DNA of 63,591 nucleotides, filler included, from Octopus bimaculoides (Eukaryota), in NCBI RefSeq assembly GCF_001194135.2. It is 6 parts of 6 records of this genome, joined end to end, with 100 filler letters (N's around TTAATTAATTAA, not from the genome) between each part and the next. Parts side by side here need not be neighbours in the genome. Positions count along the whole stretch, not along the records: positions 1 to 25,016 come from NC_068982.1; positions 25,117 to 41,001 come from NC_068983.1; 4 more parts are not named here. One strand, 5' to 3'. Position 1 is the stretch's first letter. Every line of letters begins with the position of its first letter. The notes beneath the pieces were generated by a model that saw nothing but the letters and a program-made list of their open reading frames with translations, searched no databases and was not told where the DNA came from. Made by a program: the position numbers and the translations under genes. Of this stretch, positions 12,829 to 26,332 are shown in pieces.

Positions 12829-13929
12829 GAACTTCTTCTTCCAAAACTTCTGCTTTGTAAAAACAAAATAATAAATAACAGTGTTTTCTTAATGCAGCCA
12901 CACAATGCCTTCAACCTTGGCAGATGGAGAATTCAGTCGCACTGTATTTACACATCAACACCTCATCCATTCATATATTCACATACTGTAATTGCCTTCA
13001 TTCAGTTCTAACATATTTAATGAAAAGAGCTTCGTAAAGTTAATGATAAAGTGAATACGCCCACATACTTCAACATAGCGACTTACGTAGAAATCTACGC
13101 AATCTCAATCACGCATGCGTACTGATGAATCTAAACTATATCCACAAGCAGAAGCATCTAGTTAGTTGTAATAAAAGAAAAAGATATATATGTAAATATT
13201 GACTTTAATCGATTACAAAGGGATCTGACCTCTGGGCACAAAGGAGTTCAATGCCCCACATTCATTCAGTCTAGTATTACATGATATTGTAAAACCTGCC
13301 CCACGACTATTATTTACCAAGAAGTATGGTTAAGCCCCGTACGCTACTGAATGAAGTTTCACATGAGAATTATACACCTGCACTGTGTAAGGAGTTGAAT
13401 CGCGAAAGCATAATTCTGAATTACTAGTTCAATAAAATATATACTCTCTCCCTCTGCTTCTCTCACCATCCCGTCTCCCCACCCTCTCTCTCTAGTGTCA
13501 ATTCATTGTAGAATGGCATGATTGCAATATGGCTTCGATTCACAGTTGAAGTATGTCACTTCATATTGTATCTCTACTTTAAACGGCCGACACTACTCCG
13601 TAAGAGTCTTTTTGTCATTTATTGAATTGCAGAATGGAGTAGAAGTGGAAACAAAGACACAGTCTTCAGTGATCCAGCAGAAAGATCCCGTATTCTTCAT
13701 TGCTATCTCCTCCGTACAGCTGTATTAATAAAGGATATATATATAATATAGCTAATACCTAGACATTGTAGTGACCACTTTGTACAAATACTGTATTGTT
13801 AATGGCATAAACCAATGTTTCGCAAACAATTGGGAGTCGGAGTAAAATGAACATGTAAAAACTATTACACTCATATCGTTATTAGAAGAGCAATGTGGCG
13901 TTGAGTGAGGATTGGGGTCGGCAAGAACT

Positions 13930-13971
<42 letters not shown>

Positions 13972-15571
13972 NNNNNNNNNNATCGTTACCAATATAGCAG
14001 GAGATTTCACCGCAAAAAAATCTAAATTAGACTCCTTAGGGATCGTTCTCCTTGTTTATATATCGAAAGTTTTAAATTTTTACATTTAAGAGAGAGATTT
14101 GGCGATAATATCCATTATCAATGTAATTTATTCCTATGTATTAGCGTCAAATCTCTCTCTTAAATGTAAACATTTAAAACTTTGGAGATATATATATATG
14201 TTTAAGAATTTAAGGATTGGAGAAAACGCATGTTATAATTGCATACTTTATTCCTACATATGTTTCAAAGGATTACAACCTGTGTGATCCATAGGGATCT
14301 TTGATATTAAAATTGTAACCTTCTCATCAGGGAAAGCATGGGAATCATCTTAAACGTAAGACATTATGACCGATTATGAAAACAATAGATGGATAAGGTT
14401 ATGACTTGATTCATTTAAAAAGAAAAGAAGCCGTTAGAGAATTGGACGCTGCCGGATAGTGGGTTGGACAACACATACCAATCAATGTGTAAGAGCGTAC
14501 ATGCATACATAAATACACATACGCAAACACACACATATACATGGATACTGATACACACACACACACATATACATATATATATGTATATACACATACATAC
14601 ACATGTGTACTTGTATATACATATGTATATANNNNNNNNNNNNNNNNNNNNNNNNNNNNNNNNNNNNNNNNNNNNNNNNNNNNNNNNNNNNNNNNNNNNN
14701 NNNNNNNNNNNNNNNNNNNNNNNNNNNNNNNNNNNNNNNNNNNNNNNNNNNNNNNNNNNNNNNNNNNNNNNNNNNNNNNNNNNNNNNNNNNNNNNNNNNN
14801 NNNNNNNNNNNNNNNNNNNNNNNNNNNNNNNNNNNNNNNNNNNNNNNNNNNNNNNNNNNNNNNNNNNNNNNNNNNNNNNNNNNNNNNNNNNNNNNNNNNN
14901 NNNNNNNNNNNNNNNNNNNNNNNNNNNNNNNNNNNNNNNNNNNNNNNNNNNNNNNNNNNNNNNNNNNNNNNNNNNNNNNNNNNNNNNNNNNNNNNNNNNN
15001 NNNNNNNNNNNNNNNNNNNNNNNNNNNNNNNNNNNNNNNNNNNNNNNNNNNNNNNNNNNNNNNNNNNNNNNNNNNNNNNNNNNNNNNNNNNNNNNNNNNN
15101 NNNNNNNNATATATATATATGTGTGTATATATAAAAGAAAAACAACTCAAGTGTTTTATATATACATACATACACACACCCATATACATACATCCACATA
15201 TCCATATATGTGTGTGTGCATGCATACATATACATATACACACACACATATATATACACATACATACATATTTTTTCGTACACACACACACACACACACA
15301 TACACGTATATACATATACACACATGTACACATACATATACATACATAAACAATCCTTAAATTCTTAAATATACTCAAATACCCAAAATTTCAAGGAGTT
15401 CCTGCCTTAAAAACAGGAACTAAACCACAGTTATTTTGTGTTCTTTGCTACATTGGTTTCTATTAACCCATTTATTCTATCAGAAGAATTTTTATTCATT
15501 AAGATAGAAGAAATACACATAATTACACACATATATATATGTATATATGTATATATATATACGTACATATG

Positions 15572-15898
15572 TAGGAGCACTTCGTCGGTTACGACGACGA
15601 GGGTTCCAGCTGATACGATCAACGGAACAGCCTGCTGACGAAATTAACGTGAAAGTGACTGAGCAATCCACAGACACGTGTACCCCTAACGTAGTTCTCA
15701 GGGAGACTCGGCGTGACACATAGCGTGACAAGACCGGCCCTTTGAAATACAGGTACTACTCATTTTTGCCAGCTGAGTAGACTGAAGCAACGTGAAATAA
15801 AGTGTCTTGCTCAACGACACAACTCGTCGCCGGGAATCGAACTCACGACCTTACGATCGTGAGCCGAATGCCCTAACCACTAAGCCACGCGACTTCAC
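15572..15898 (-). mobile_element. Near-complete tRNA-derived SINE with CORE-like central domain (head H1 + tail T1)
   Basis: Minus strand: A-box TGGCTTAGTGG, B-box GTTCGATTCC, then ttgagcaagacactttatttcacgttgcttcagtctactcagctggcaaaaatgag, which resembles the CORE-SINE domain by eye. Confidence 0.85.
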
Positions 15899-16514
15899 AT
15901 ACATGCATANNNNNNNNNNNNNNNNNNNNNNNNNNNNNNNNNNNNNNNNNNNNNNNNNNNNNNNNNNNNNNNNNNNNNNNNNNNNNNNNNNNNNNNNNNN
16001 NNNNNNNNNNNNNNNNNNNNNNNNNNNNNNNNNNNNNNNNNNNNNNNNNNNNNNNNNNNNNNNNNNNNNNNNNNNNNNNNNNNNNNNNNNNNNNNNNNNN
16101 NNNNNNNNNNNNNNNNNNNNNNNNNNNNNNNNNNNNNNNNNNNNNNNNNNNNNNNNNNNNNNNNNNNNNNNNNNNNNNNNNNNNNNNNNNNNNNNNNNNN
16201 NNNNNNNNNNNNNNNNNNNNNNNNNNNNNNNNNNNNNNNNNNNNNNNNNNNNNNNNNNNNNNNNNNNNNNNNNNNNNNNNNNNNNNNNNNNNNNNNNNNN
16301 NNNNNNNNNNNNNNNNNNNNNNNNNNNNNNNNNNNNNNNNNNNNNNNNNNNNNNNNNNNNNNNNNNNNNNNNNNNNNNNNNNNNNNNNNNNNNNNNNNNN
16401 NNNNNNNNNNNNNNNNNNNNNNNNNNNNNNNNNNNNNNNNNNNNNNNNNNNNNNNNNNNNNNNNNNNNNNNNNNNNNNNNNNNNNNNNNNNNNNNNNNNN
16501 NNNNNNNNNNNNNN

Positions 16515-16588
<74 letters not shown>

Positions 16589-17019
16589 TATATGTATGTA
16601 TGTGCCACGTTGTGTTTGTCATCAAGGCAAAAGTCTTCCACATACTCAGACCTCATTATGTAGCTAATTTACATAATGTTCAGTTCATCGTTGTAAAGAC
16701 CTGTATCAGTGTAAATTAACAGGTGTTTAGTTAGCTTACCGTGTTCTCCTATTGATACTGTGCGTGCGGAGATTTAGTTACATTCTATGTGCTTTATAGT
16801 GTGGTCATAGCTTTGTCAAAAGAACACAAATGTGCAACATAAGAGTTTTACTCTTACTGATGACTGAAAATTTGAGGGAGCATTGCGAAATAAACGAATG
16901 CTCGCATAGAGGCTCCGTTGAACCAGTTGTATCTGTAACAACTCCGAAGTAGACTCGATACAAACGAATCTATACTCCGTTGTTCTGTGCAGACAGACAA
17001 AAGTCAGTTCTGTACAGAT

Positions 17020-17793
17020 CGTGTATATTTGTCCTATAGTAGGCAGATAGTGTATATGTGTACGATCACATATACTTAGTGTATATGGGTGCTATACCAT
17101 ATATATATAGGTACACGGACGGGATGCTGGATGAATTTTTGCCGAAGGACAAGAAGCCGAAGTCAAGAAGCCGAACGGACACAGTGCCGATCGAACACAG
17201 TGCCGAACATACAAGATGCCGAAAAGACATACAAAAATTAAAATATATGATAAAATTACCAAATTGGTGAATATATATTCCAAATTGGTAAATTGATCAT
17301 TAAACTATGTAGGTAGGAATGTTTTTTATTTATTGTGTCCGTTCGGCTTTATGTCCGTTCGGCATTGTGTCCGTTCGGTTTCTTGGCTTCGGCCTTGTCC
17401 TTCGGCAAAAGTGCATTCCGCATCCTGTCCGCACAGGTATATATGTATATATATATATATATNNNNNNNNNNNNNNNNNNNNNNNNNNNNNNNNNNNNNN
17501 NNNNNNNNNNNNNNNNNNNNNNNNNNNNNNNNNNNNNNNNNNNNNNNNNNNNNNNNNNNNNNNNNNNNNNNNNNNNNNNNNNNNNNNNNNNNNNNNNNNN
17601 NNNNNNNNNNNNNNNNNNNNNNNNNNNNNNNNNNNNNNNNNNNNNNNNNNNNNNNNNNNNNNNNNNNNNNNNNNNNNNNNNNNNNNNNNNNNNNNNNNNN
17701 NNNNNNNNNNNNNNNNNNNNNNNNNNNNNNNNNNNNNNNNNNNNNNNNNNNNNNNNNNNNNNNNNNNNNNNNNNNNNNNNNNNNNNNNNNNNN

Positions 17794-17826
<33 letters not shown>

Positions 17827-18110
17827 GTATTTGTCCTATACTATACACATAGTGTATATTTGTCCTATACATAAAAGTAGCGTATATTTGTCCTACACCA
17901 TAATGGTGGTGCATATGTATCCTATACCATAAAGATAGTGTGTATGTATTCCATACAATATAAATAGTTGGTATGTGTCCTATATTGTAAAGACAGTGCA
18001 TATGTGTCCTGTACCGTATAAATGTGTATTTCTCCTATACCATGTAAATAGTGTGTACGTATCTTATTCTGTACTGATGATGTGTATGTGTCCCATCCCA
18101 TTCAAATAAT
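17020..18110. repeat. ~29-bp degenerate minisatellite (gtgtatatttgtcctataccataaata-like), interrupted by a MITE and a gap
   Basis: About 10 units at 17822-18110 and 2-3 units at 17020-17100. Confidence 0.8.
17113..17435. mobile_element. MITE with ~115-bp imperfect TIRs built from subterminal GCCGAACGGACAC-like repeats
   Basis: 17113-17232 is the imperfect reverse complement of 17320-17435. Exact termini and TSD are unclear. Confidence 0.75.
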
Positions 18111-18654
18111 CTATATGTCTTTTATTATAATGATACTCGTCTTACCCTTTTTTCTTGCCTTTACTCATCAATAGAAGATATTGCTTCCTCAGAGAATCTT
18201 CGAAATTCTAGATTGCTTGTAATTTTATATTTTACCGATTATAATGAACGAATTATGTTTTTAGACAATTAATGTATCGCTTCCTTTGATTTGAATTAAA
18301 TGTAAACGTTTCTAGGCTTGAGATAGCAATCCTTCTTGTTCTCGCATAAGCATGGATACTGAAGCATCTTAGTCTTAAGATTTAGGTAATTATAGATAAC
18401 TAGTGTCATAGTAGTGCTCACCAAATTATTTATATGTTGCATCATATAGTTGGGGTGGATTTCCTCGTGGTAATTAAATTTCAGCTTTCCCTGGATTTAA
18501 CCTGCTGCGCTATGTAATATGTTCATAAGAAAATGTCAAAATGTTATATCATAATTGTTTCATTGTCTCGGTGGCTTGGGCAAGTAATATTTTGTACAAG
18601 GTATTATGATAAATATATATACATAGATAAACATGCACACACATATATATATAC

Positions 18655-18812
18655 GAAGGGCTTCTTTCAATTTCCGTCTGCCACAACCATTCACAAGGCT
18701 ACGATCGGTCCAGAGCTATAGCAGAAGACTGTTGCCTAAGCTGCCACACAGTGGGACTGAATCTGGTTCCGGTACCATGTGGTTGGGAAGCAAGCTCTTG
18801 CAACATAGCCAT
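18655..18812 (-). mobile_element. SINE family A head and core
   Basis: Matches the family A 5' half. Confidence 0.8.
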
Positions 18813-20063
18813 GTATATNNNNNNNNNNNNNNNNNNNNNNNNNNNNNNNNNNNNNNNNNNNNNNNNNNNNNNNNNNNNNNNNNNNNNNNNNNNNNNNNNN
18901 NNNNNNNNNNNNNNNNNNNNNNNNNNNNNNNNNNNNNNNNNNNNNNNNNNNNNNNNNNNNNNNNNNNNNNNNNNNNNNNNNNNNNNNNNNNNNNNNNNNN
19001 NNNNNNNNNNNNNNNNNNNNNNNNNNNNNNNNNNNNNNNNNNNNNNNNNNNNNNNNNNTAAAGTTAATAAAAGAAAATGGAGAAGAAAAAATATAATAGA
19101 TGCTTGGTTCATTTTATTTGTATCACAATGGAAAAGTAATGCAAAATACAAGTGATTCATATAAGAATAAGGATAAAAGAAACCAGATCGACAAACAACC
19201 AAAAAATATCCGAAAAGAAAATCCTACACATGTTTCAATCCGACAGTATGTTTGAATCATCAACATTCAAACGATTATAGATGTAAAAAATACACATATT
19301 GTCGGGTATCTTCAGGGAAAAGTAAGTATATTTTCCGGTCATGAATTACGAAATAATTAATTTGAGGACTGTGTTTTGAAATTTTCAAACGTAAACAACA
19401 ACTTATTAGGGCACGGAGTCCATATGATTAGATATTGATCGTTGAAATTTAGCTAATATTGATCGTTGAAATGTTGCTAAAACACCTCAGTGCATTTGAA
19501 AAATATATTTATAAAAATTTATGGGAGGAAAATGGGATAAAGACGAATGTAACTTATCATTAGGGGTATAAGATACAAAGAATTAGATTGAGAAATGTAA
19601 AGGAAGAAGTGATGAAAAGTTTGTTTATACTATACTACAATGTTTTTTGGAAGTAACACAGAGGAATATAACATTGGTATTATTTTGGATTTAAATGGGT
19701 TAAGATATACTTTCCGTTGTTCTAAGAAAAAAATATAAGGTATATAAAAAGGTTATATTGTACTTATTTAGGAGACACGAAAACAATTTTAAACCGGTGT
19801 TATAGTTTATTAGTTTTTTAGGTCATAATTTGAGTAACTAGAAATCTCTCTTGTTGAATGTATTTGATATAACCAGTTGGCATTTGGACTGTTATTAACA
19901 ATCCTTACGAGAAAGTTACATCCTCAAAATTTTGAATTAAATACACACACACACACAGACACACACACACACACACACACATATTAAAATCTATCTATCT
20001 ATCCACCTACCTACCTACCTACTTATCTACATATCTGTTTCTATCTATCTATCTATTTATCTA

Positions 20064-20140
<77 letters not shown>

Positions 20141-21694
20141 TTATATTGATTATACATTCTAAATCCAGCCAAGCAGTGACACAACTCGATGCCAAATATA
20201 CATAAATGCTACTTGAGTTCAAAGAAGTGATATTTCTTTGGTCATACAGAAGTGAAATTTTGTTTAAGAAAAATATTTCTATCTCAAAGCAATTCTTTTT
20301 TCCCCTTTATACGAAGTTAGCTAACTTTTTCATTCTCTCGCCGAATCACTATTCTACTGTAACTAAATTACACATCCACTGGGAATATTATTCCGTTCTT
20401 GGACGGAGTATAAAAAAAATTACGCAGAAGATAACAAACAGAGTTGTCTTTGATTTTAGAGATGTTTAGATAAACATGGAGAGACAGACTGCAAGAAAGA
20501 TAGATATGCTTAAATATCCCCGCATACAGGAATAGAAGAAAAAAAACAGAGAACGAAAGAAAGATATGCATAAAATGTTAAAACAAAGATCAGTAATGTC
20601 GATAGGAAGTCGCACATGAGTTTAATTGACATTTCACTATTTCTTTATTCTACAACATCAAATAAACTTGACAGTTTGATCACAATTACTTCGGCAAATT
20701 TAGCTGAGTTTGCACTAGCTCCGAAGAGATTCAAATAAAAGTGGAATATGTTCAGAGTTATCTGCCGTACTTGCCGATGGAAACCTAATATTTGTTAACA
20801 ACAAATATTTCTCCTTTTGTTGCATATCTGATTTTTCCATTAGCTTTTTCATGTTTTTCATCAGAGTAAATATGCATTTGCGTAGTTGACTGATGCAAAT
20901 GGACAGACGTGTAGTCAACTCTACTGACTGACAGGCAAACAGACATGCAGAGAAATGCATATTAAAAAACTAAGTCAACATTGATTTATGCGTTAATCTG
21001 TGGACAGATGCATCACATCGATCTTTCATTTAATTATAGAGACAGAAATAAACTTACAGGTATACATACATTTACGTGTGAAGCAGTACAGTTGGATACG
21101 TGTGTGCATGGGTGCGTACACGTGTACGTGTGAATGTATCTATATATATATATGTATGGATGAAAGTAAATATGAATGTATATAAAGCATGGTCACTATA
21201 TATGGATATGTAAAAGTCGATAGCTACGGTAAACATATTTATCGTAATTGAATTAATTGAAAATATACTTACAAAAGGGGAAAATGCGTTTATTTTTCAA
21301 TTCATATATTTACATATTGTAATATAATTTGTATTGAATAATCTAGGATCTTCGTGTGTACACACACACACACACACAGAGGCTGTATTTAAGAACCCTA
21401 GAGGACAACACAACGTCGTTGTCAACATTGATGGACAGCAATGAACAAAGTAAGCATGCGTTATATATATATATAATTTTTTTTAATATAGGGATGCTGG
21501 TCAGTACAAAAATATAAAAAAAACTTGAAGACAGTCGGTGCAAGAATGGAACGACAAAAAGAAACGAAATCAAAAATTACGATCCTCATCCTCCCTGATT
21601 GCAGAAATCACATTAAATACAGCTGGTTTAGAACACAATAGTAGAAAATAAGTCTGCGAGACTCAATCCGGAGCGGGTGGTACCCACCAATTCG

Positions 21695-22159
21695 TTAAAA
21701 GAAACCTGTCCTGCTAAAAATTTGAGATCTCGAATTAAGCAGTGTGTTGGAATTGCTGGATCGAAGAAAAATATGAGTTCTTTCTGCTATGCATAAATAG
21801 CATTTCTTAGATCCAGTAAAATATGGCTTGGATTTCTTCACTATTCTCCACTTAATTGTATGTGGTGTAGAGCTCCTCTTCAAATTCCATACATGGTTAG
21901 CCAACTTAAATGCATTACTTTTATAGATGTGCCGGAAAGATGATAGGTGGTTTGCACAACGTCTCTTAAATTCGCCCTCACATGTCCCGATGTAATTCTT
22001 CTTTTTAATTGATTTGCCTTGGAATGTAGCTGTAATTTCAGCCTCATATGTGACACAATTTATCATACACACCTTGTCAAGTGGGCAAGCTTTAGGGTCT
22101 CGACAGTTATAACTGGGAGTGGTCACTTGGTGATTTTTGCGAATTACAATGTTCCTCAT
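21695..22159 (-). pseudogene. Penelope-like element GIY-YIG endonuclease (C-terminal fragment, CNC..CPL type)
   Basis: YNCRDPKACPLDKVC..CVTYEAEI...YIGTCEGEFKRRCANHLSSF...LANHVWNLK...IKWRI...CYLCIAE..LLNSRS fits the recalled PLE GIY-YIG pattern with its CCHH-type residues. Confidence 0.85.
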
Positions 22160-22200
22160 ATTGGTGTATTTATCTATTTATCCATAAATATATATATAAA

Positions 22201-22235
<35 letters not shown>

Positions 22236-22255
22236 GGAAGAAAGGAAGGAAAGAT

Positions 22256-22286
<31 letters not shown>

Positions 22287-23640
22287 AGGATGAAGAGGGA
22301 GATAGCATAAAAGCATAATAAACATAATTTCTCATATACTTCATACTTCATTTATATTCAAAAGCTATTTCATTAAGATAAACACAGCCAAATTTATAAT
22401 TATATGATTGTGATTCATAGTTGTATTAAGTTAAATTAATTTTAAAAATAGTGGTTATCTAAATTATCAGCAATGTTATGTTAATCAGAAAACTGTTACT
22501 GGCTTAAAACATTATTAGACTGAAAAGATGTTGACAGATTTCTCCTCCACGATGGTGAATGCTCTCAGCTTATTTTGAATCCAATAACGTTACGCTTGAA
22601 AACCCACATATCTCTAATTATTGGACAATAGGACTCGATTATGTAATTTACATTATGTAACAAATAATCACTTTATGTTAATGAAGTGTACGTAAGATGA
22701 TGTAACGAAATATCTTATAAGCTATCACGCATTGTTTTATTTGTATAATCAAATGCACATTTGTTCATATATATTTTACACACACATACAAACACGCACA
22801 CACATACACACACGCGTACACTCACACCACACTATATTTTATCTATACATATATGTATAAGTGTGTGTATGGAATATATTCATATATAGTCATATACGTA
22901 ACAACACACACACACGAATGTATGTATGTTTTTTCTTTTAGTTTTATTTAAGTTCTTCTTAAAAGAGTTCAAGCCAGTCGCTAACAAAGTGACAGCTTAT
23001 TGAGTATTCATAAATATGTTGTTCAGTTGGTGTGTTGGTTGAACTGTGGATGCATGTACCCAAGTATGTGCATCTATTCGCAGAAGAATTTCAGCCGGAG
23101 AATCTTTGGAATGTCTCACAAATATTCACTGTGCTGCCAATAGATTAGATTTTGAGAATCCACGTCAGTTTCTATTGCTCTTTCTTCGAAAAATCTAGTA
23201 TTTGTAGGTTTTTGTGAAAATTTGTAGGTACGTAGCCTATATACTTATGCTGATAGGTAAAAATGAGAATTCATTCTCAGCTGAGTTATAATCATTTATA
23301 GCCATGAATGTTCTCTTTTCCTGGAGTTTGGATGGTCCATTCGCATCCGCTGAACATCTGACCTCTACAACAGTGTACGATATGTATATATTGTACGTAT
23401 ATACTTGTGGTGGAGGTGGGTTTGCTTTACGTATTGCTTCAGGGTAGATTTTAAGGCTTATTTACGATTTTAAAATTCTTGATATATTTTTAAGTCACAT
23501 GATTGACTTAATGCTGAAATTCGACTAATTGATTTACTGTCTTTCGTTATTGTTCTTGCTGTTGTTATTTTCCGATTGATTTATATTCCATCTTCCAACC
23601 GGGTCTCAACTAGAGGCCTAAGGCACGTATATATTAGATG

Positions 23641-23712
23641 GAAATACACATATGCCATACAAACCAGGCCCATGAGCCTGGCTAGGCTTTTAAAGGGCGC
23701 ATAAAAATAATT
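23641..23712 (+). mobile_element. SINE tail T2 fragment
   Basis: gcctggctaggcttttaaagggcgcataaaaataa is the reverse complement of 36270-36310. Confidence 0.65.
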
Positions 23713-24117
23713 TCATTTTATTTTATTTATTTATTATTACTATTATTCGATTGGCTGCTTAATTTGTCTCATTAACTTTTGGCTCATTTGTAAGGTTGGT
23801 TACACGCTGGTCAATAGCCTGTTTCTTGTAGTTGCTCGAGTCTTTTATCTGATATATAAACATACTCTCTTCATCTGAAACAGGACACTACTACTACTAC
23901 TACTACTTATCTTCCCAACCGTACTGCAAATTGTCATTATAAAGACGGTTGGCACCAAAGCTGGAAGCAAAATGGTAATTATTCGGCTGTTTCTCTCTCT
24001 TTCAATCTATCGCTTCTGAATTCCAATAACCACCGGAGATAACTTGTTTTTTCATTCGTCCAAAAATGAGAATGATCCTGATGTAATAGATTCAGAGAGT
24101 TATATGAACATTATATA

Positions 24118-24156
<39 letters not shown>

Positions 24157-24527
24157 CAAACATACATACACACACATAATTACATAATTACATGCATAAG
24201 CACAAATACGTACATGTGTATCTACATACAATAGATACAAACAAATACATATATACACACACACTTACATACATACATGCACACACATGCATGGAGAAAA
24301 TCACACATCATTTAATTGTTGAATTCACCATACAATGCCTACAATCGTTTCTGTTGTATCAACATAAAAAAATCGTTCAAATACAGGAAATAGCGTTCCG
24401 AAAATACATGTTAACGCAATGTATTCAAAGCAATCCAAAATTAGTTATCAAGCGGTGGTGAAGGATACGCACTGACACACATATATGTGTATGAAGATAA
24501 AAGATAAAACATATGTATGTGTGTGCT

Positions 24528-24579
<52 letters not shown>

Positions 24580-24824
24580 TACACACATATATATATATAT
24601 ATGTATGTATATATATGTATTGTTTTCTTTACGGGACTTCCTGTGAATTTGTGTTTTTTTCCATAATGGAGACGAACACCATTCATCCATGTGCTCGGCT
24701 TGAAAAATTGTTAAGATATTAAGACATTTTTATTGCATGAAACCAATGTTAGCCTTAATATACAAATAAAGAAACTCTATCCACCAATGCGGTCTTGAAC
24801 ACTCATACTCGTCATTCAACATTT

Positions 24825-24887
<63 letters not shown>

Positions 24888-24894
24888 CTTTATG

Positions 24895-25330
24895 ATTTAC
24901 TTGCTCCAGTCTATAGGCTGCAGCCATGCTGGTGCACCGCCTGGAAGAATTTTAGTCGAACAAATCGACTCCATGGCTTAATTTTTGAAAGCCTGATACT
25001 TATTCTATCGATATATNNNNNNNNNNNNNNNNNNNNNNNNNNNNNNNNNNNNNNNNNNNNTTAATTAATTAANNNNNNNNNNNNNNNNNNNNNNNNNNNN
25101 NNNNNNNNNNNNNNNNGAATATTTTAGAATATGCATACAAAAGCTCCTATTTTATTATACTGGCTACAGCCTAATGATAGTTATGTAGTCGAATAGATCG
25201 ACTCCAGGACTTATTCTTTTTAAGCCTAGTACTTATTCTATCGATCGCTTTTGCCGAACCGCTAGATTACGGGGGAAGTAAACACACCAACATCGGTTGT
25301 CAAACGATGGTGGGGGACAAACACAGACGC
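24895..25330 (-). mobile_element. SINE family A 3'-half fragments on both sides of a scaffold spacer
   Basis: 24895-25012 and 25185-25330 match the reverse complement of the family A 3' half. Confidence 0.75.
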
Positions 25331-25425
25331 ACAAATATATACATACATTCATATATATAAATTGTCAGAATGAGATAAAAAAAAAACAAAGCAGTAAATA
25401 GATTTCATAACATTTATCAAGAAAA

Positions 25426-25639
25426 GCTTTTACGGCTGTTTCCGGGATATTTTATATATCCCTTCATCAGAAAAAATGTTTCAGTATTAATTATTGTAGA
25501 GAAGATCTGTATTTCATATCTTCTCTATTGTAGAGAAGATCGGTATTTAATATCTTCATATCTTCTCTACAATAATTAATACTCAAACATTTTCTCGCAC
25601 CGTCTCTGATGAAGTGACATATAAAATATCTCGGAAACA
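25426..25639. ncRNA. Two hammerhead-like PLE terminal motifs in opposite orientation, forming an inverted repeat
   Basis: Minus 25426-25474: CUGAUGA-A-GGGAUAU-auaaa-AUAUCCC-G-GAAA-CAGCCG-UA. Plus 25602-25639: GUCU-CUGAUGA-A-GUGACAU-auaaa-AUAUCUC-G-GAAAC (truncated). The sequence between them is palindromic. Confidence 0.7.
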
Positions 25640-26167
25640 TTTCCTTAACTTAATGCATCGTCGCTAATTATGAATTGCTGTGATATTATCCGTATATCAG
25701 CGTGTTGCAGTGATCAAATCTTCCTGATTCGATAATTCTCAAATGTTATTATTTATTCAACTACTGTAAAAAAAAGTATATATTATCATTAGGCGTAGGC
25801 ATGGCTGTGTAGGGAGAGGTTTGCTTCTCAACCATATAGTTTCGGGTCCCCGATATTTCTGGCTAAATGAAGAGAATGAAAAAGTATAGTCAATTTAGTG
25901 TGATTTTGTGAATTGAACAAGCAGTACACAAACATTGTTTATCGTTGATTATACCGTTAAGAACAACATCACGACCACACTAAAAATGTTTACTTTTGCT
26001 AAAGGCTTTTTGCACAATAATATTTTCGTTATATTTGTGAGGGCATATACTTCTATAATTACTATATATTAATACGAAACGAAAATAATTTAATCGTATT
26101 CTTTCAGACTAAATATCGATATAATCTTATTAGTATATATCAAAATTCACATACACACATACATACG

Positions 26168-26198
<31 letters not shown>

Positions 26199-26332
26199 AT
26201 ATATATACACACATACATAGGAAAATGGTAAAATGACGAAAAAGGCAATAGTTTTCACTGATTATAACCACAAATACTTGTAGGAATAGTTTTAAAATAC
26301 TTGGCTGTGTAATGTTATTATCTCTCTAAAAA

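Noticed and set aside
15840-15898. tRNA gene
   Set aside because: The tRNA-like A and B boxes run into a SINE body. The same applies to the heads near 6650, 26333 and 53923.
16740-16863. Minus-strand coding exon with a GTAAGC donor
   Set aside because: Stops in all three frames; at most a non-coding exon, and unsupported.
17822-18110. CRISPR-like array
   Set aside because: Degenerate contiguous units with no spacers, in eukaryotic context with no cas genes: a minisatellite.
23030-23450. Second decayed ORF-like island on the minus strand
   Set aside because: Only short open stretches in changing frames, with no recognisable motif.
25061-25072. TTAATTAATTAA between 44-N blocks (also 41046, 49056, 60596, 62523)
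   Set aside because: An identical 100-bp spacer with stops in all six frames: an assembly linker, not biology. Adjacency across these points is less certain.
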